A DNA stretch of 64,000 bases from Eledone cirrhosa. Taxonomy: Eukaryota. Shown here piece by piece: positions 1 through 11,618 of this stretch. The notes beneath the pieces were generated by a model, which ran no database searches, was not told the DNA's origin, and saw nothing but the letters and a program-made list of their open reading frames with translations. The stretch spans positions 361,646,001 to 361,710,000 of the forward strand of contig OZ024743.1 of NCBI GenBank assembly GCA_964016885.1. The letters are read 5' to 3'. How positions within the stretch are numbered: position 1 is the first letter of the stretch; every line of letters begins with the position of its first letter. A program made the translations under genes and the position numbers.

Positions 1-54
<54 letters not shown>

Positions 55-55
<1 letters not shown>

Positions 56-356
56 TTAAGTCGTTTGGAAGCCTCGACAATGCAAATGGGTAAATCTCCG
101 GGTAACAAGATCCGGTGGTGGAGAGAGAGATGTAAGTGGGTGTACGTTGAGATGCGTGGTGTGTAAAGATGTGTAAATGTGTAGAAGAAAGAAGGGAAGA
201 GTATGAAGGATAAAATAAAAATTCTTCTACACATTTACACATCTTTACACACCACGTATCTCAACGTACACCCACTTACATCTCTCTCTCCACCACCGGA
301 TCTTGTTACCCGGAGATTTACCCATTTGCATTGTCGAGGCTTCCAAACGACTTAAA
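55..356. repeat. Near-perfect inverted repeat (135-bp arms 55-189 and 222-356, 32-nt loop) abutting a (TA)n tract
   Basis: TTTAAGTCGTTTGGAAGCCTCG...GTAGAAGAA is the reverse complement of TTCTTCTAC...CGAGGCTTCCAAACGACTTAAA; I saw one mismatch. Confidence 0.95.
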
Positions 357-770
357 AGATATTTATTTATTATTCCACAATGCTTCAAGCAAACATCAAT
401 ACTCTCATATATATATATATATAACTATTTACTCCTCCTCTCTCTACCTAACTGTCTATCTATGTGCCTATTTATCTGGTTATCTATATATTTGTCTGTC
501 TATATTTGTTTGTCTACCAGTCTATCTGTATTTATGCCTATCTACCCATCCATTTACCTATCAATCCACCTATCTACCAAACTATTATATACCTACCAAA
601 CTGTCTATATATCATTCTTACCTGTCTACCTATATATATATATATATAAGCAAAGAGATATTTAAATTGCTGGTAATTCAACAAATTTATTTATAACAGA
701 TTCGAAGCACTCCACAAGTTTCCTAGAGTATAGATATTAATAAATGGAAACTGTATTTATAAAACCATAT

Positions 771-834
771 TTGTTTTATTATATATATTTCAAGGGTACC
801 AAATTTTGGTACGCTCTCATCAGATAAAATACAA
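771..834 (-). ncRNA. Type I hammerhead ribozyme motif, family II copy A
   Basis: Minus strand reads TTGTATTTTAT-CTGATGA-GAGCGTACC-AAAATTT-GGTACCCTT-GAAA-TATATA-TA-ATAAAACAA: conserved core, stem II, stem I (TTTTAT/ATAAAA) and a short palindromic stem III. Confidence 0.8.
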
Positions 835-957
835 AATTTGTTTTATAAATATTACCAGCTTGAATAATCAGTTGTACTAATCTTTATATCAGTTCCAAAC
901 GGAACCTGAACCAATAATGTCTGGTTTATCGGGTATGTCACTATTTATAAAACAAAT

Positions 958-1026
958 TTTGTATTTTATCTGATGAGTGCGTACCAAAGTTTTTTGGTAC
1001 CCTTGAAATATAAATAATAAAATAAA
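958..1026 (+). ncRNA. Type I hammerhead ribozyme motif, family II copy B (inverted partner of 771-834)
   Basis: CTGATGA at 970-976, stem II GTACCAAA/TTTGGTAC, GAAA at 1005-1008, then TATAAA-TA-ATAAAAT. Arms ~734-851 and ~942-1063 are inverted copies. Confidence 0.72.
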
Positions 1027-1140
1027 TATGGTTGCATAAATATAGTTTCGCTTTATTAATATCATTGATGTATATATATAAACAAATGTAAGTATGTATG
1101 TATACGTACATACATATATGTATACAGACGTACAGTAGCA

Positions 1141-1196
<56 letters not shown>

Positions 1197-1345
1197 CAGG
1201 TACACATATATATATGTACGTATCAGTTTAGCGAACGTTTATTATAAGGCCCGCTTTGTCCATTTGTAAACAAGCGAACAGCCTGATTTATGCCATACGG
1301 TGTTAAGGCAACGACGTCACCTTTTTGTTCAACATTGACACAGGA

Positions 1346-1388
1346 ACGATGTACTAGTTTCAAGCTTGTTAGCTATCATCAGCACCGT
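1346..1388 (-). ncRNA. Minimal type I hammerhead ribozyme motif, family I copy 1
   Basis: Minus strand ACGGTG-CTGATGA-TAGCT-AACA-AGCTT-GAAA-CTAG-TA-CATCGT: stem I ACGGTG/CATCGT, stem II AGCT/AGCT, palindromic ACTAGT stem III, GUA cleavage triplet. Confidence 0.8.
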
Positions 1389-1619
1389 AAACCCTTCTGC
1401 CAGATAGTTGAACGTTCGAAAGTATATACTTTCCTTATGAAAATTAACGGCTGAGCAGCCTAATTTGAATATCGAGTGAGTTCAGTCGGCCATGCGTACC
1501 GAAAACGATAAGTTGTAATATAATGAAACGAAATTTCATTTCTCACTCTTAGTACGGCACTTACTTAAATGTATGTATGTATACGTACATACATATATGT
1601 ATACAGACGTACAGTAGCA

Positions 1620-1675
<56 letters not shown>

Positions 1676-1824
1676 CAGGTACACATATATATGTGTACGT
1701 ATCAGTTTAGCGAACGTTTATTATAACGCCCGCTTTGTCCGTTTGTAAACAAGCGAACGGCCTGATTTATGCCATACGGTGTAAAGGCTACCACGTCACC
1801 TTTTTGTTCAACACTGAGACAGGA

Positions 1825-1867
1825 ACGATGTACTAGTTTCAAGCTTGTTAGCTATCATCAGCACCGT
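1825..1867 (-). ncRNA. Minimal type I hammerhead ribozyme motif, family I copy 2
   Basis: Identical to 1346-1388, 479 nt away, same strand. Confidence 0.8.
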
Positions 1868-2202
1868 ATACCCTTCTGCCAGATAGTTGAACGTTCGAAA
1901 GTATATACTTTCCTTATGAAAATTAACGGCTGAGCAGCCTAATTTGCATATATATATATATATATGCATGCTACTGTACGTCTGTATACATATATGTATG
2001 TACGTATACATACATACTTACATTTAAGTAAATGCCGTATAAGAGTGAGAAATGAAATTTCGTTTCATTATATTACAACTTATCGTTTTCGGTACGCCTG
2101 GCCGACTGAACTCACTTGATATGCAAATTAAGCTGCTCAGCCGTTAATTTTCATAAGGAAAGTATATACTTTCGAACGTTCAACTATCTGGCAGAAGGGT
2201 AT

Positions 2203-2245
2203 ACGGTGCTGATGATAGCTAACAAGCTTGAAACTAGTACATCGT
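2203..2245 (+). ncRNA. Minimal type I hammerhead ribozyme motif, family I copy 3 (inverted unit)
   Basis: ACGGTGCTGATGATAGCTAACAAGCTTGAAACTAGTACATCGT read directly on the + strand. Confidence 0.8.
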
Positions 2246-2403
2246 TCCTGTGTCAGTGTTGAACAAGAAGGTGACGTGGTTGCCTTAACGCCGTATGGCT
2301 GTTCACATCAGGCTGTTCGCTTGTTTACAAACGGACAAAGCGGGCGTTATAATAAACGTACGCTAAACTGATACGTGCATATATATATATGTCTACCTGT
2401 ATG

Positions 2404-2466
<63 letters not shown>

Positions 2467-2592
2467 AAAGTTATATTTAAAATTGTTGGGTTACAACTAG
2501 TAAATATTTATAACTGATATAAAAGCACTCGACAAATATTTGGAGTATATTTACAATATTAAATAAATGGAAACTATATTTATAAAACCATA

Positions 2593-2663
2593 TTTATTTC
2601 ATTATATATATTTCGGGGATATCATATTAACAATATGCTATGCCTTCCTCAGACAAAATACAA
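2593..2663 (-). ncRNA. Type I hammerhead ribozyme motif, family II copy C (diverged stem II)
   Basis: Minus strand TTGTATTTTGT-CTGAGGA-AGGCATAGCATATT-GTT-AATATGATATCCCC-GAAA-TATATA-TA-ATGAAATAA. Flank 2470-2600 is homologous to 655-780. Confidence 0.65.
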
Positions 2664-3539
2664 TATAAACAGTTTTATAGACAAATAGATTCGACATACC
2701 GTAATAACACCGACTTCCATTTGAAGAGGTTTACGCTGGCAGTGAAAAAATTGTACACAGAGAGAAAGAAAGAGAGAAAAAGAAAGAAAGACAGAAAACG
2801 AAGAAAAGGAAGAAAAAGAAGAAATGCATGGAACAAAATAGAGAGATGGAAAGATAGATAAAGCGAAGAACTTCATGTAAAGAAACAGAAAGAGATATAT
2901 ATAGAGAGAGAGAGGAAATAGAGATAGATACATATATATATAGAAAATTAGGTAGTGGGAGGTCATTTTGAGTAAATGTATCAATGATACATTTATTTAT
3001 TTATTTATTTATTTAGCTCAAGTATTAATGTAAGGGAGATATATAGAGAGAGAAAAAATATAGAGAGAGGAAAAAATAGCGAGAGAAAAAAAATTTAAAA
3101 ATAGCCAGATATATTCGAGGCGTAAAAACCCTATGTTTTAATGTATTAGTATTTATAAAACTTAGACTATATTGTAAATATCAGTATTCCTGAATGAGAC
3201 AAGTACCCAGAGTGTGTGAAAATTAATTATCTTATGTTTGGTTTTAAAAAATTCATATGTTTATGTGACAGCTACAAACATCAATGCGAATCCACATGAT
3301 TCACCCTGCAAACTCTAAGTTCACGGAAAACACTCTCAATGTGGTATAAAAATTTGAGCATACATATATGTGTATTAATTATTATTCCTGTCTTTACTCT
3401 ACAAGATTATCTATCAAGCAGAAATAGAGAGCAGATTTCAATATACTAATAAAAATATATATCAGAAACAAAACTAAAAAATAAAAAAAGATAACAATAA
3501 TAATAATAAGTAAAAATAAGTAATAATAAAATAGAAAAC

Positions 3540-3645
3540 TAAAAAAATATTACGAAAGAATATTACATAATAAAAATATTACATATTAAAAATATTACGT
3601 ATTAAAAAATATTACGTATTAAAAATTTACATATTAAAGATATTA
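3540..3645. repeat. AT-rich minisatellite, ~16-17-bp unit (TAAAAATATTACRTAT)
   Basis: About 5-6 imperfect tandem copies visible. Confidence 0.7.
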
Positions 3646-4350
3646 AAAATAAAAATAAAAAATAAAAAATATTATAAAATACTACAATAATAAAAAATAA
3701 AAATAAAAATAAACCACAAAGATCAACCCTTCAAAATTAATTGACAATATATTGCCAAGTTCATTACAAGACAAAGCCAAAAAATTATCTATCAAATCAC
3801 ATCTAGCAAAGATCATTTCAAAAAGTCTATGGTGTCCAAATTGGTCTACATATGTTCTTATATTTAATATAGAAGTTTATCTAGTGTAAGGTTTATTCAA
3901 AAAATTTGGCCTTTGTATTTTCTTGATATGTAAAAATAACTCTATATTTCTTGATGATATGAAATCGGGTACTTGTGTGCCATATAATTTATGAATTATT
4001 AATTGATTGACTGACTAATTAATACTTTGTACTGGTGCTACATTTATCCTCATAGAAACGATTGTGAAAATTAAAGATTGAATTTGAATGACAACCATGG
4101 TTTTCTATTTGTATTGAGTATTTATGCTCTCTAGCATTCAACGTCTCATGTACCAGCATCATAACTCTTTGACGTACACCTAGACTTTAACTCTTGCATG
4201 TTTTAGACATGAATACCGCATCGAGCTTAACACACCTTACTAAAATGCTAGTGTATTCTTCCACTCTCCTTAACTCTTTTACTATATATATCTATCTAAA
4301 TGTTTATATATATATGTAAATGTTGACTTATACCTCTTGTGTATACACAA

Positions 4351-4419
<69 letters not shown>

Positions 4420-4420
<1 letters not shown>

Positions 4421-6058
4421 AGACACAAATAGGCTTTGTTTACAAACGGCTAGCGAATTTGAAAACTAAGTAGTAGCATGTGCTTACGCTGTATATGACT
4501 AAATAGAATTAGTCTGTTAGTTGGGATTTTAAAAAACCCTCTGAGTGGAAAAAGTATATCGATATCGACAGTTACTACTCGTCGATAGCCCCTATTTTGT
4601 TCAAAAACTAGATCAGATATTAGTATGAGTGAAATTGAAATCATTATTCAACCAGCAAAATAGAATTTAAAGGTGACTGCTGGACAAGAAATTCTTATGT
4701 TGATTTCGATGACATCACAATGGTTTCGATGGATTCGGCTGAAGTTACAGATCTTGTGGGTCTCTTCCTCCTATCTAACATTAAATTCTCTTTTCCTCAC
4801 CTAGAAGGTGGTTTGTATCGAGATGACTGTCTTCTGACGGGTAAACATACCAGTCTCTCATCCATAGAAAGAACTAAAAAGCAAATTATAATTTTTCTTA
4901 AAGACTATTATTATCTCTCAATAACCTTCCAAGATTGTACTAAAATACTTAACTTGCTGGACATCATAATGGATTTATCTACTGGTATTTATCAACCATA
5001 CCATAAACCCAATGAAATCCTCCATTATATTCATAAGCAATCTAACCACGCAAGCTCTATCTCCGACAATCTAGTCTACAACATATCACTTAGGATCTGA
5101 AGATTGTCAGAGAATGAGGACATCTTCTACAAGAATGCACCACAACGAAGCCTTTGCCAGAAGCAGATACAAAGAGCACATCACAAATATACCGAATAAT
5201 AGCATCATTAACCCAGCGCCTACGATCTACAGAAAGCACAAAAGATTAGTGTCTAAGAACGGTTCTGATAGTCTTATTTCTACTAAAACTCCCTCGGTTA
5301 ATTTAATTCCCAAATCTAGAATTAACTACAAATTATCTACAAACTCCGTGGAAAACAAGGACTTATTCCCTATGGACAACTCTTCTAATCTTCCTTCATC
5401 TAATGCATGCCATGATATTTTAATACCAAACTCCAACACTACTAACAATATATGGGATAATAACTTGATCAAGCGAATGGATAATGTAAGTAAACACCTC
5501 CTATATCATAACTCTGAAGTAACATTAAATGTATAATCACCTATTTCTATAAATATTCATTCTACAGCAGCTGACTTAGTCGCACCTATACAAATATCTC
5601 CACCTGCTAACGTCTCCGACCAAACGTCTACTAAAATTTCTGATAATGGAGTGCTTGAACTCCAAAATAATGCCATCATAGTAAATCATACTGACACGGC
5701 TAGACAATATAATACTCCTAAATCACATGAAAATACCAATCACAAACCTACTCTACACCATATAAACACTAATAATAGATATAATAGTCCCTCCAACTCC
5801 TCTAATTATACCAACACACCTCATCAAATTGTGAAAAACCATAAAATTGAAGATAAAATGAAGATGAAAATAGAAATAGAAGTCGTAAAAGAAAATGGTA
5901 TAATGCACCTTTCAACATAGAAACTAAGGGACAAATACATAAAAAGTTCTTTGTAATCTTAGACAAGCACTTCACACCACCAAATCCTTAACCACTTTAC
6001 CATTAAACTTTCTTACTCAACATCAACCAATCTGCGGCAAAAAATTAGTGCAATGTAG
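4420..6058 (+). mobile_element. Degraded Penelope-like element (RT remnant)
   Basis: ORF 4720-5100 has PLE RT motifs (DSAEVTDLVGLFLL, GLYRDD, LLDI..DL.TG.YQPYHKPN, YIHKQSNH). DKHF and TIKLSYS follow near 5960-6020. Many stops and frameshifts; begins after (TA)n. Confidence 0.8.
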
Positions 6059-6221
6059 GATAGTGTAACATGCACCCATTAATCCCTCACCCCCACCACA
6101 AATAGTTAGCAATACAGTTAGCAATACAGTAACTTATAAATCTAAACTATAATAAAGTAAGGACTGCAAGAATGTGCACGGTTTATTTCTTTTAATGCAG
6201 TTAGTAAAATAAGTTGGATTA

Positions 6222-6482
6222 GTTTGAATAAATAATTGTTTCTACTTTTGGCAGAAGACCAGCAATTATCCCATTGCATTACTGATACTTTATTTGATCG
6301 ACCCCGTAAGGATGAAAGGCAAAGTTAACCTCGGCGGGATTTGAACACAGATACTTTGAATAAATAATTGTTTCTACTTTAGGCACAAGGCCAGCAATTA
6401 TCCAGTGCATTACTGGTACTTTATTTTATCGACCCCGTAAGGATGAAAAGCAAAGTCAACCTCGGCGGGATTTGAACTCAGA
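6222..6482 (-). mobile_element. Two tandem head-less copies of a tRNA-type SINE (Meta/MESC-like core)
   Basis: Reverse complement of GTTCAAATCCCGCCGAGGTT.ACTTTGCCTTTCATCCTTACGGGGTCGAT...ACCAGT occurs twice, ~133 bp apart; matches 16507-16695. Confidence 0.8.
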
Positions 6483-8085
6483 CAATTGGAGAGGGTAGCT
6501 AAATCCTTGATCAATTTGGATCAGTCGAAAGCTTTCGACAGGGTCGACCATCCTTATCTGGCGGCAGTCCTGAGGGCGGTCGGCTTTGAGCCCGTCTTCA
6601 GAGGTTGGATCGCTGCCATGCACAGCGACATCTGCTCTGTGGTGAGTGCGAACGGTCACCTTTCGGAACCGTTCAATAGGATCGGCACTATATAAGATAA
6701 TATGAGGCGGTGACAAGAACAATGATTAAGCAGGGAAAGTCGGTGGGCCTGCGGCTCGACATCTGGAGAAGCAGCTCCATGCCGTTCAACAGCGTCGTCG
6801 GGCGCTCGACGGAAAACCAGTGAAATTTCTAGGTATCTGGTTCGGTCCGAACCTCTAGACGGACAAAACTTGGACGAAGTAACGGGCAGAGTGGCCTCTC
6901 TCACCCAGAAATAGGCCGAGAGGAAGCTATCCCTGAAAGGTCGAGCGGAGGTGGCGAACGCGTACATCGCATCCGTCATCTACTTCCAGCTGACCGTTGT
7001 GCCTTGTCCTATGCCTCACCTGACTGCACTGGAGCGTTTGCTCTTTCACTTTTTGTGGAAGGGACGCGCTCCGATGGTCCGGCTGTCCATCTGCTGTCAA
7101 CACCCGCTACGTGGAGGACTGGACATGCCGTGGCTGATGATGCGCAGACATGTGCTCAGGCTACGGCATCTCCACCTCTTCTTCGACGGTGATCAGGTAT
7201 GGTCGGCATTTTTTAGACGCGTGTTTCCCCAGCTCGTCTCCTTCACGGAGCTGTAGTCCTGGGTCAAGCGAAGACTGAGAGGGCGCGCTTGGAGACTGGA
7301 ACGTCTTCAGGCGTTTACAGCCCTCGACCAGTCAGACAATGCGATTGGTGGAAACTTCACCTTGGCGTTCTATAGAGGGTTAGTGGAGGGGAAGAGCGAC
7401 GACGTCCCTGGGAACACTCTGAGCGTCGCCCAAAATCAACTAGCCTCTTCGGGAGAACTTTCAGGCCCGGGCCAATGGACAGCTTCCGAGAAATCCCTGG
7501 CCTGGAAGTGCTACCGAGGAGCTTTGCCAGTTCGGGATAAGCTCTACACCATGGAAGTGCTGTCAGCCGAGCCTGTCTGAAATGCGCGCAGGGCGACGAA
7601 ACGGTCATGTACGCACTCGTCCAGTGTCCGAGCATTGCTGACTTGTGAAGCTATGTCGAACAGCTGCTGTCGCGTATAGAACGGATCCGGCTATCAGCTG
7701 AGTCCATCATGAGGATTGCCCCGCTGCCTTCTTTTAGCAGGGAAGGACAGGCAGTTTTTATCTACCTGGTGACAATGGTAAAAGAGATCGTATGGTGGAC
7801 GCCCTCATTAACTTTTTCAGGTTTCACCTGAAAAGGAAAATCAGGGTGGAGAGAGAAGTGCTGCCTCCAGCCAGTTTGTTGAAAGGTTGGTGAGAGAGAC
7901 AAGAATAGCCCGTATGAATGGGCCTACCCTGAGCGTGTGCCTGTAGCATCGTAATAGGAAAACTGGAAGAGGCCACTTGCCCTAGCTGTCTGTAACCGTG
8001 GCCTTCTTGTGGACTTTCTCTACGAGCGACCTTCGGAAGTTCCCCCCATTGGGGAATTTTACATTGTTTCTTTTTTTTTTACAGA
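6483..8085 (+). mobile_element. Tx1-like non-LTR retrotransposon, 5'-truncated and degraded (subfamily A2)
   Basis: LINLDQSKAFDRVDH, SVIY..LTVVPCP, GGL.MPWLMMRRH and WKCYRGALPVRDKLY fragments are collinear with the ORF2 at 52740-56177. Confidence 0.9.
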
Positions 8086-8129
8086 GAGAGTAAACCAGGA
8101 ATCATTCGCAAATATTGTTCTGTTCCTTT

Positions 8130-11100
8130 CTTGATCATTCCCAGTCCTCCCACAATCACTGGTATTGTAACGGCCTTGAGGTACTGACGTTGAAGATTCA
8201 ACAACCATACTCAACGTCATACGAATAAGACAGGAAAATTGGACAGGGTCGGGGATGGAGCTAATCATCCAAGCAAACCACGAAAGCGTTGAGGCCATCC
8301 CCGATGTAATAGACCTGGACGACGGCAGCCATTTACCCTGTGACCGTCGAAGGTAGGCGCCCAAGGTGTCATGGATGCGGTGAGAAGACGCACCTTAAGG
8401 CATTCTGCCCCCAAATTACGAAAACAGGCACACGCCCACCCCTTCTCCCCACGTCATGCCCCGCAACTGGAGCAGACAAACAAACAAAGAACACAGTGGC
8501 AGAAGAGAAATCACCATCCCCAACAACAAAAACACCATCTCTTCCACCACCCACAAAACCATTGGAAAGCATACCCCTTCCTGATATAGCCAAATCGGAC
8601 AAGGAGTGCGATGAGGCCGAAGAATGGAGACTATTCCAACAAAAAAAGGAAGAAAGAACCTTAAAAAAAAAGAAAATGAAAACTACCCCACCTCCTCCAC
8701 CACCATCCACACCCACACTTCCACAACCACCTACACCATCACCACCACCACCACCACCCTTACCATCTACCCCATCGTCACCTCCAACAACACAACAGCA
8801 AACACAGAAAACACCAACACTCAAACAGCAGACACAATACACAGCCAAAGACACAGACAACACAAAGCTTTTAAATTACATTCAACACCACACCAACATC
8901 ACACAAACAAACTACGTACAAATCACCCAAATTGCACCCCCCCCCCCACACACACACACATATAAAAATAATAGAAATTACACAAAAAAATTACATAACA
9001 TTAAGAAAAATGTTCCCCACATCAATTGGAGACTACCGAGGGAACATCATCAAAAGAATATTCACGGATATTCTCGTGGAGAAACCCACCAATGGTCGGA
9101 GTGATGGATCACCCAATCCCTTCCTAAAGAAGAACCACAGGTAATATTTTGTACCTCTCCCGTCTCACTTGTTTTCCTCCTATCCTAGTCAACATGCCTA
9201 CTCTTAGAATAGGTAGCATAATTGTACGTGGCCTGGGGTCGTCTTGGAAGCAGGGGCACCTGCTGAACAATCTCAGGTCACCAAACATAGATGTGGTGGC
9301 CATCAGCGAGACCTGAATCTCCGAGGCACGGGCCTTCGCACCGATCTTCGGCGGATGCGATGTGTACGCATCTCCCAGCCGTCGTGGATTGGGGGGGAGG
9401 AGTTGCTGTCTTTTTCGGAGAGGTTTGGATCTCGCCATACGGGCCATCTTCCTGGACCCAGAAGGTAAGTTGGTGGTGCTGGGCGTGACCAGCAGAGACG
9501 AGAAAGCTTTCAGGCTAGTGGCCGTCTATGCCCCCGACAGGAGCAGGGCGGGCTGATTTCTTCCGGCGTCTAGAGACCTTTCTTGGAACGTCCCGCTCTT
9601 TAGTGTTAGTGGGCGACTGGAAAGGGATCTTAGATGCACGCTGGGACTGTGTGGGATTAGCGAATAGGGGAGGAGGATGCAAGAGCCTCACCAACCTGCT
9701 CAGGCGTTTTGAGATGTCTGACAGGTACCGATTGGATTTCCCGAATGTGCCAATGTGGACTTGGACAAACCGCATAGGGTCATCCAGATCATATCTAGAT
9801 AGAGTATGTTGTAGGAAAATAGATAGGTCTAACATAGGCTGTCCACAATTCAAGATAGTCAACTACACGGACCACAAATTCCTCATGTGTGGTTGACTTA
9901 GATAGGCTTCATAGACAAGGACCCGGTTACTGGAAGCTAAACGCGTCTTTACCAGCGCGCAAAGCCTAGAGAGACCGGATTAGCAAACTAGTTACGCGGG
10001 TGTTGACGGGGGCCATCGTCAACAACAAGTGGTGGTTTGCTCTGAAAATAGAGCAGAGGGAGAACTAGTTAGAAAATTAGACGAGGCGCTTAGCAAAGTC
10101 ATCGCTACTGACGTACTTGCGGCGAAATTGGACCTTCACAAATTCTTCAATGCAAAGCACGGAGGCTGCGTTGTCAGAGCTAGGGTGCGTGCTCTCAGAC
10201 ACGAGGGGACGAAAGCCGCTCAATGAGCCCGAGTGGCAGAGGCGCATCTTTGGTGGACAACGATGGGCGTATGCTAGTCGGTCCCGGGCAAATGTGTGAA
10301 GCTTTTCAGCGACACTTCGCTCAGCTGTTCGGGAGCAGCGCCGGGATGGATCGTGGGAATGTACTTTAGTGTCTACCTCGACGGACTGCCGAGGCCCTCG
10401 GCCAATGAGGCGGAGTGTTGCGAAAAGCCGATAACACCAGCTGAAGTACTGGAGGCAATGACTGGCTGCACAAGGGGTAAATCGCCTCCACTTCATGCGG
10501 GTAGCTAGGGAACCTGGCACGAGTGGGTCCTTGATCAATTTAGATCAGTCGAAGGCTTTCGATAGGGTCGACCATCGTTACCTAGCGGCAGTCCTGAGGG
10601 CGGCTGGCTTTGGGCCCGTCTTCAGAGGCTGGATCGCTGCAATGCACAGCGACAGCTGCTCTGTGGTGAGAGTGAACGGTCACCTTTCAGAACCGTTCAA
10701 CATCATGCGCTCGGTCCGCCAAGGATGTCCCCTCTCTTCCCTCTTGTACGTATTGACTCTCGAGCCATTACTGCACAAACTGGAGACGTTGACGGGGGTT
10801 CCGCGCGAACTAGGATGCGGAAGATCCGTGTAAGTATGTGCGGACGATGTCACGGTAGTGGTGTCGAACGCCAAACACATCGAGGCGATCGGCACTACAC
10901 TAAGAGAATACGAAGCGGTGACAGGAGCAATGATCAACCAGGTCTGGTTCGATCCGGACCTCCAGACGGATAAAAACTGGGATGAGGAGACGAGCAGGGT
11001 GGCTTCTCCAACCCAGATATGGGCGGAGAGGAAGCTATCCCTGAAAGGTCGAGCGGACGTACATCTCGTCCGTCATCTACTACCACCTGACCATTGTTCC

Positions 11101-11618
11101 TTGTCGTAGGCCTCGCCTGACTGCGCTGGAGCGTTTGCTCTTTTACTTTTTGTGAAAGGGACGCGCTCCGATGGTCAAGCGGTCCATCTGCCGTCAACGC
11201 CCGCTACGTGGAGGGCTGGGCATGCCGTGGCTGATGATGCGCAGACACGCGCTCAGGCTACATCTCCACCTCTTCCTCGACGGTGATCAGGTGTGGTCGC
11301 CGTTTGCTAGACGCGTCTTTCCCCAGCTCATCTCCTTGACGGAGCTGCAGTCCTGGGTCAAGCGAAGACAGAGAGGGAGCGCTTGGAGACTGGAATGTCT
11401 TCAGGCGCTCACAACCCTCGACCAATCGGGCAATGTGATCGGTGGAAACTCCGCCTTGGCGTTCTATAGAGGATTAGTGGAGGGGAAGAGCGACGACGTG
11501 TTTGGGGAAACTCTAGGCGCCGACGAAAATGTACTAGCCAATCTCTTTGGAAGAACGTTCGGGCCGGTACCTATGGACAATTTCCAGAAATCCCTGGCCT
11601 GGCAGTGCTACCGAGGAG
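8130..11618 (+). mobile_element. Tx1-like element with partial ORF1 and deleted/frameshifted ORF2 (subfamily A2)
   Basis: ORF1 zinc knuckle CHGCGEKTHLKAFC (ORF 8340-9104). ORF2 from ~9194 has APE motifs (VYAP, GDW, YLDR, TDHK) and RT motifs (DQSKAFDRVDH, RQGCPLS). It breaks off after WQCYRGA. Confidence 0.9.

Larger units (their letters stand above)
1085..2464. repeat. Non-coding ~430-bp unit plus (TA)n spacer (period 479 nt): tandem copies on the minus strand and one inverted copy; retrozyme-like or pLTR-like
   Basis: 1195-1623 is a full unit, 1672-1948 a truncated direct copy, 1085-1143 a stub, and 1965-2402 a full reverse-complement copy. (TA)n tracts separate them. Each of the three long copies carries a hammerhead. 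Confidence 0.92.

Noticed and set aside
303-696. Hydrophobic YI/LSI-rich ORFs here and similar ones elsewhere (e.g. 19470-19881, 43736-44220, 47075-47730)
   Set aside because: Products of (TA)n, (TATC)n, (GT)n and (GA)n repeats.
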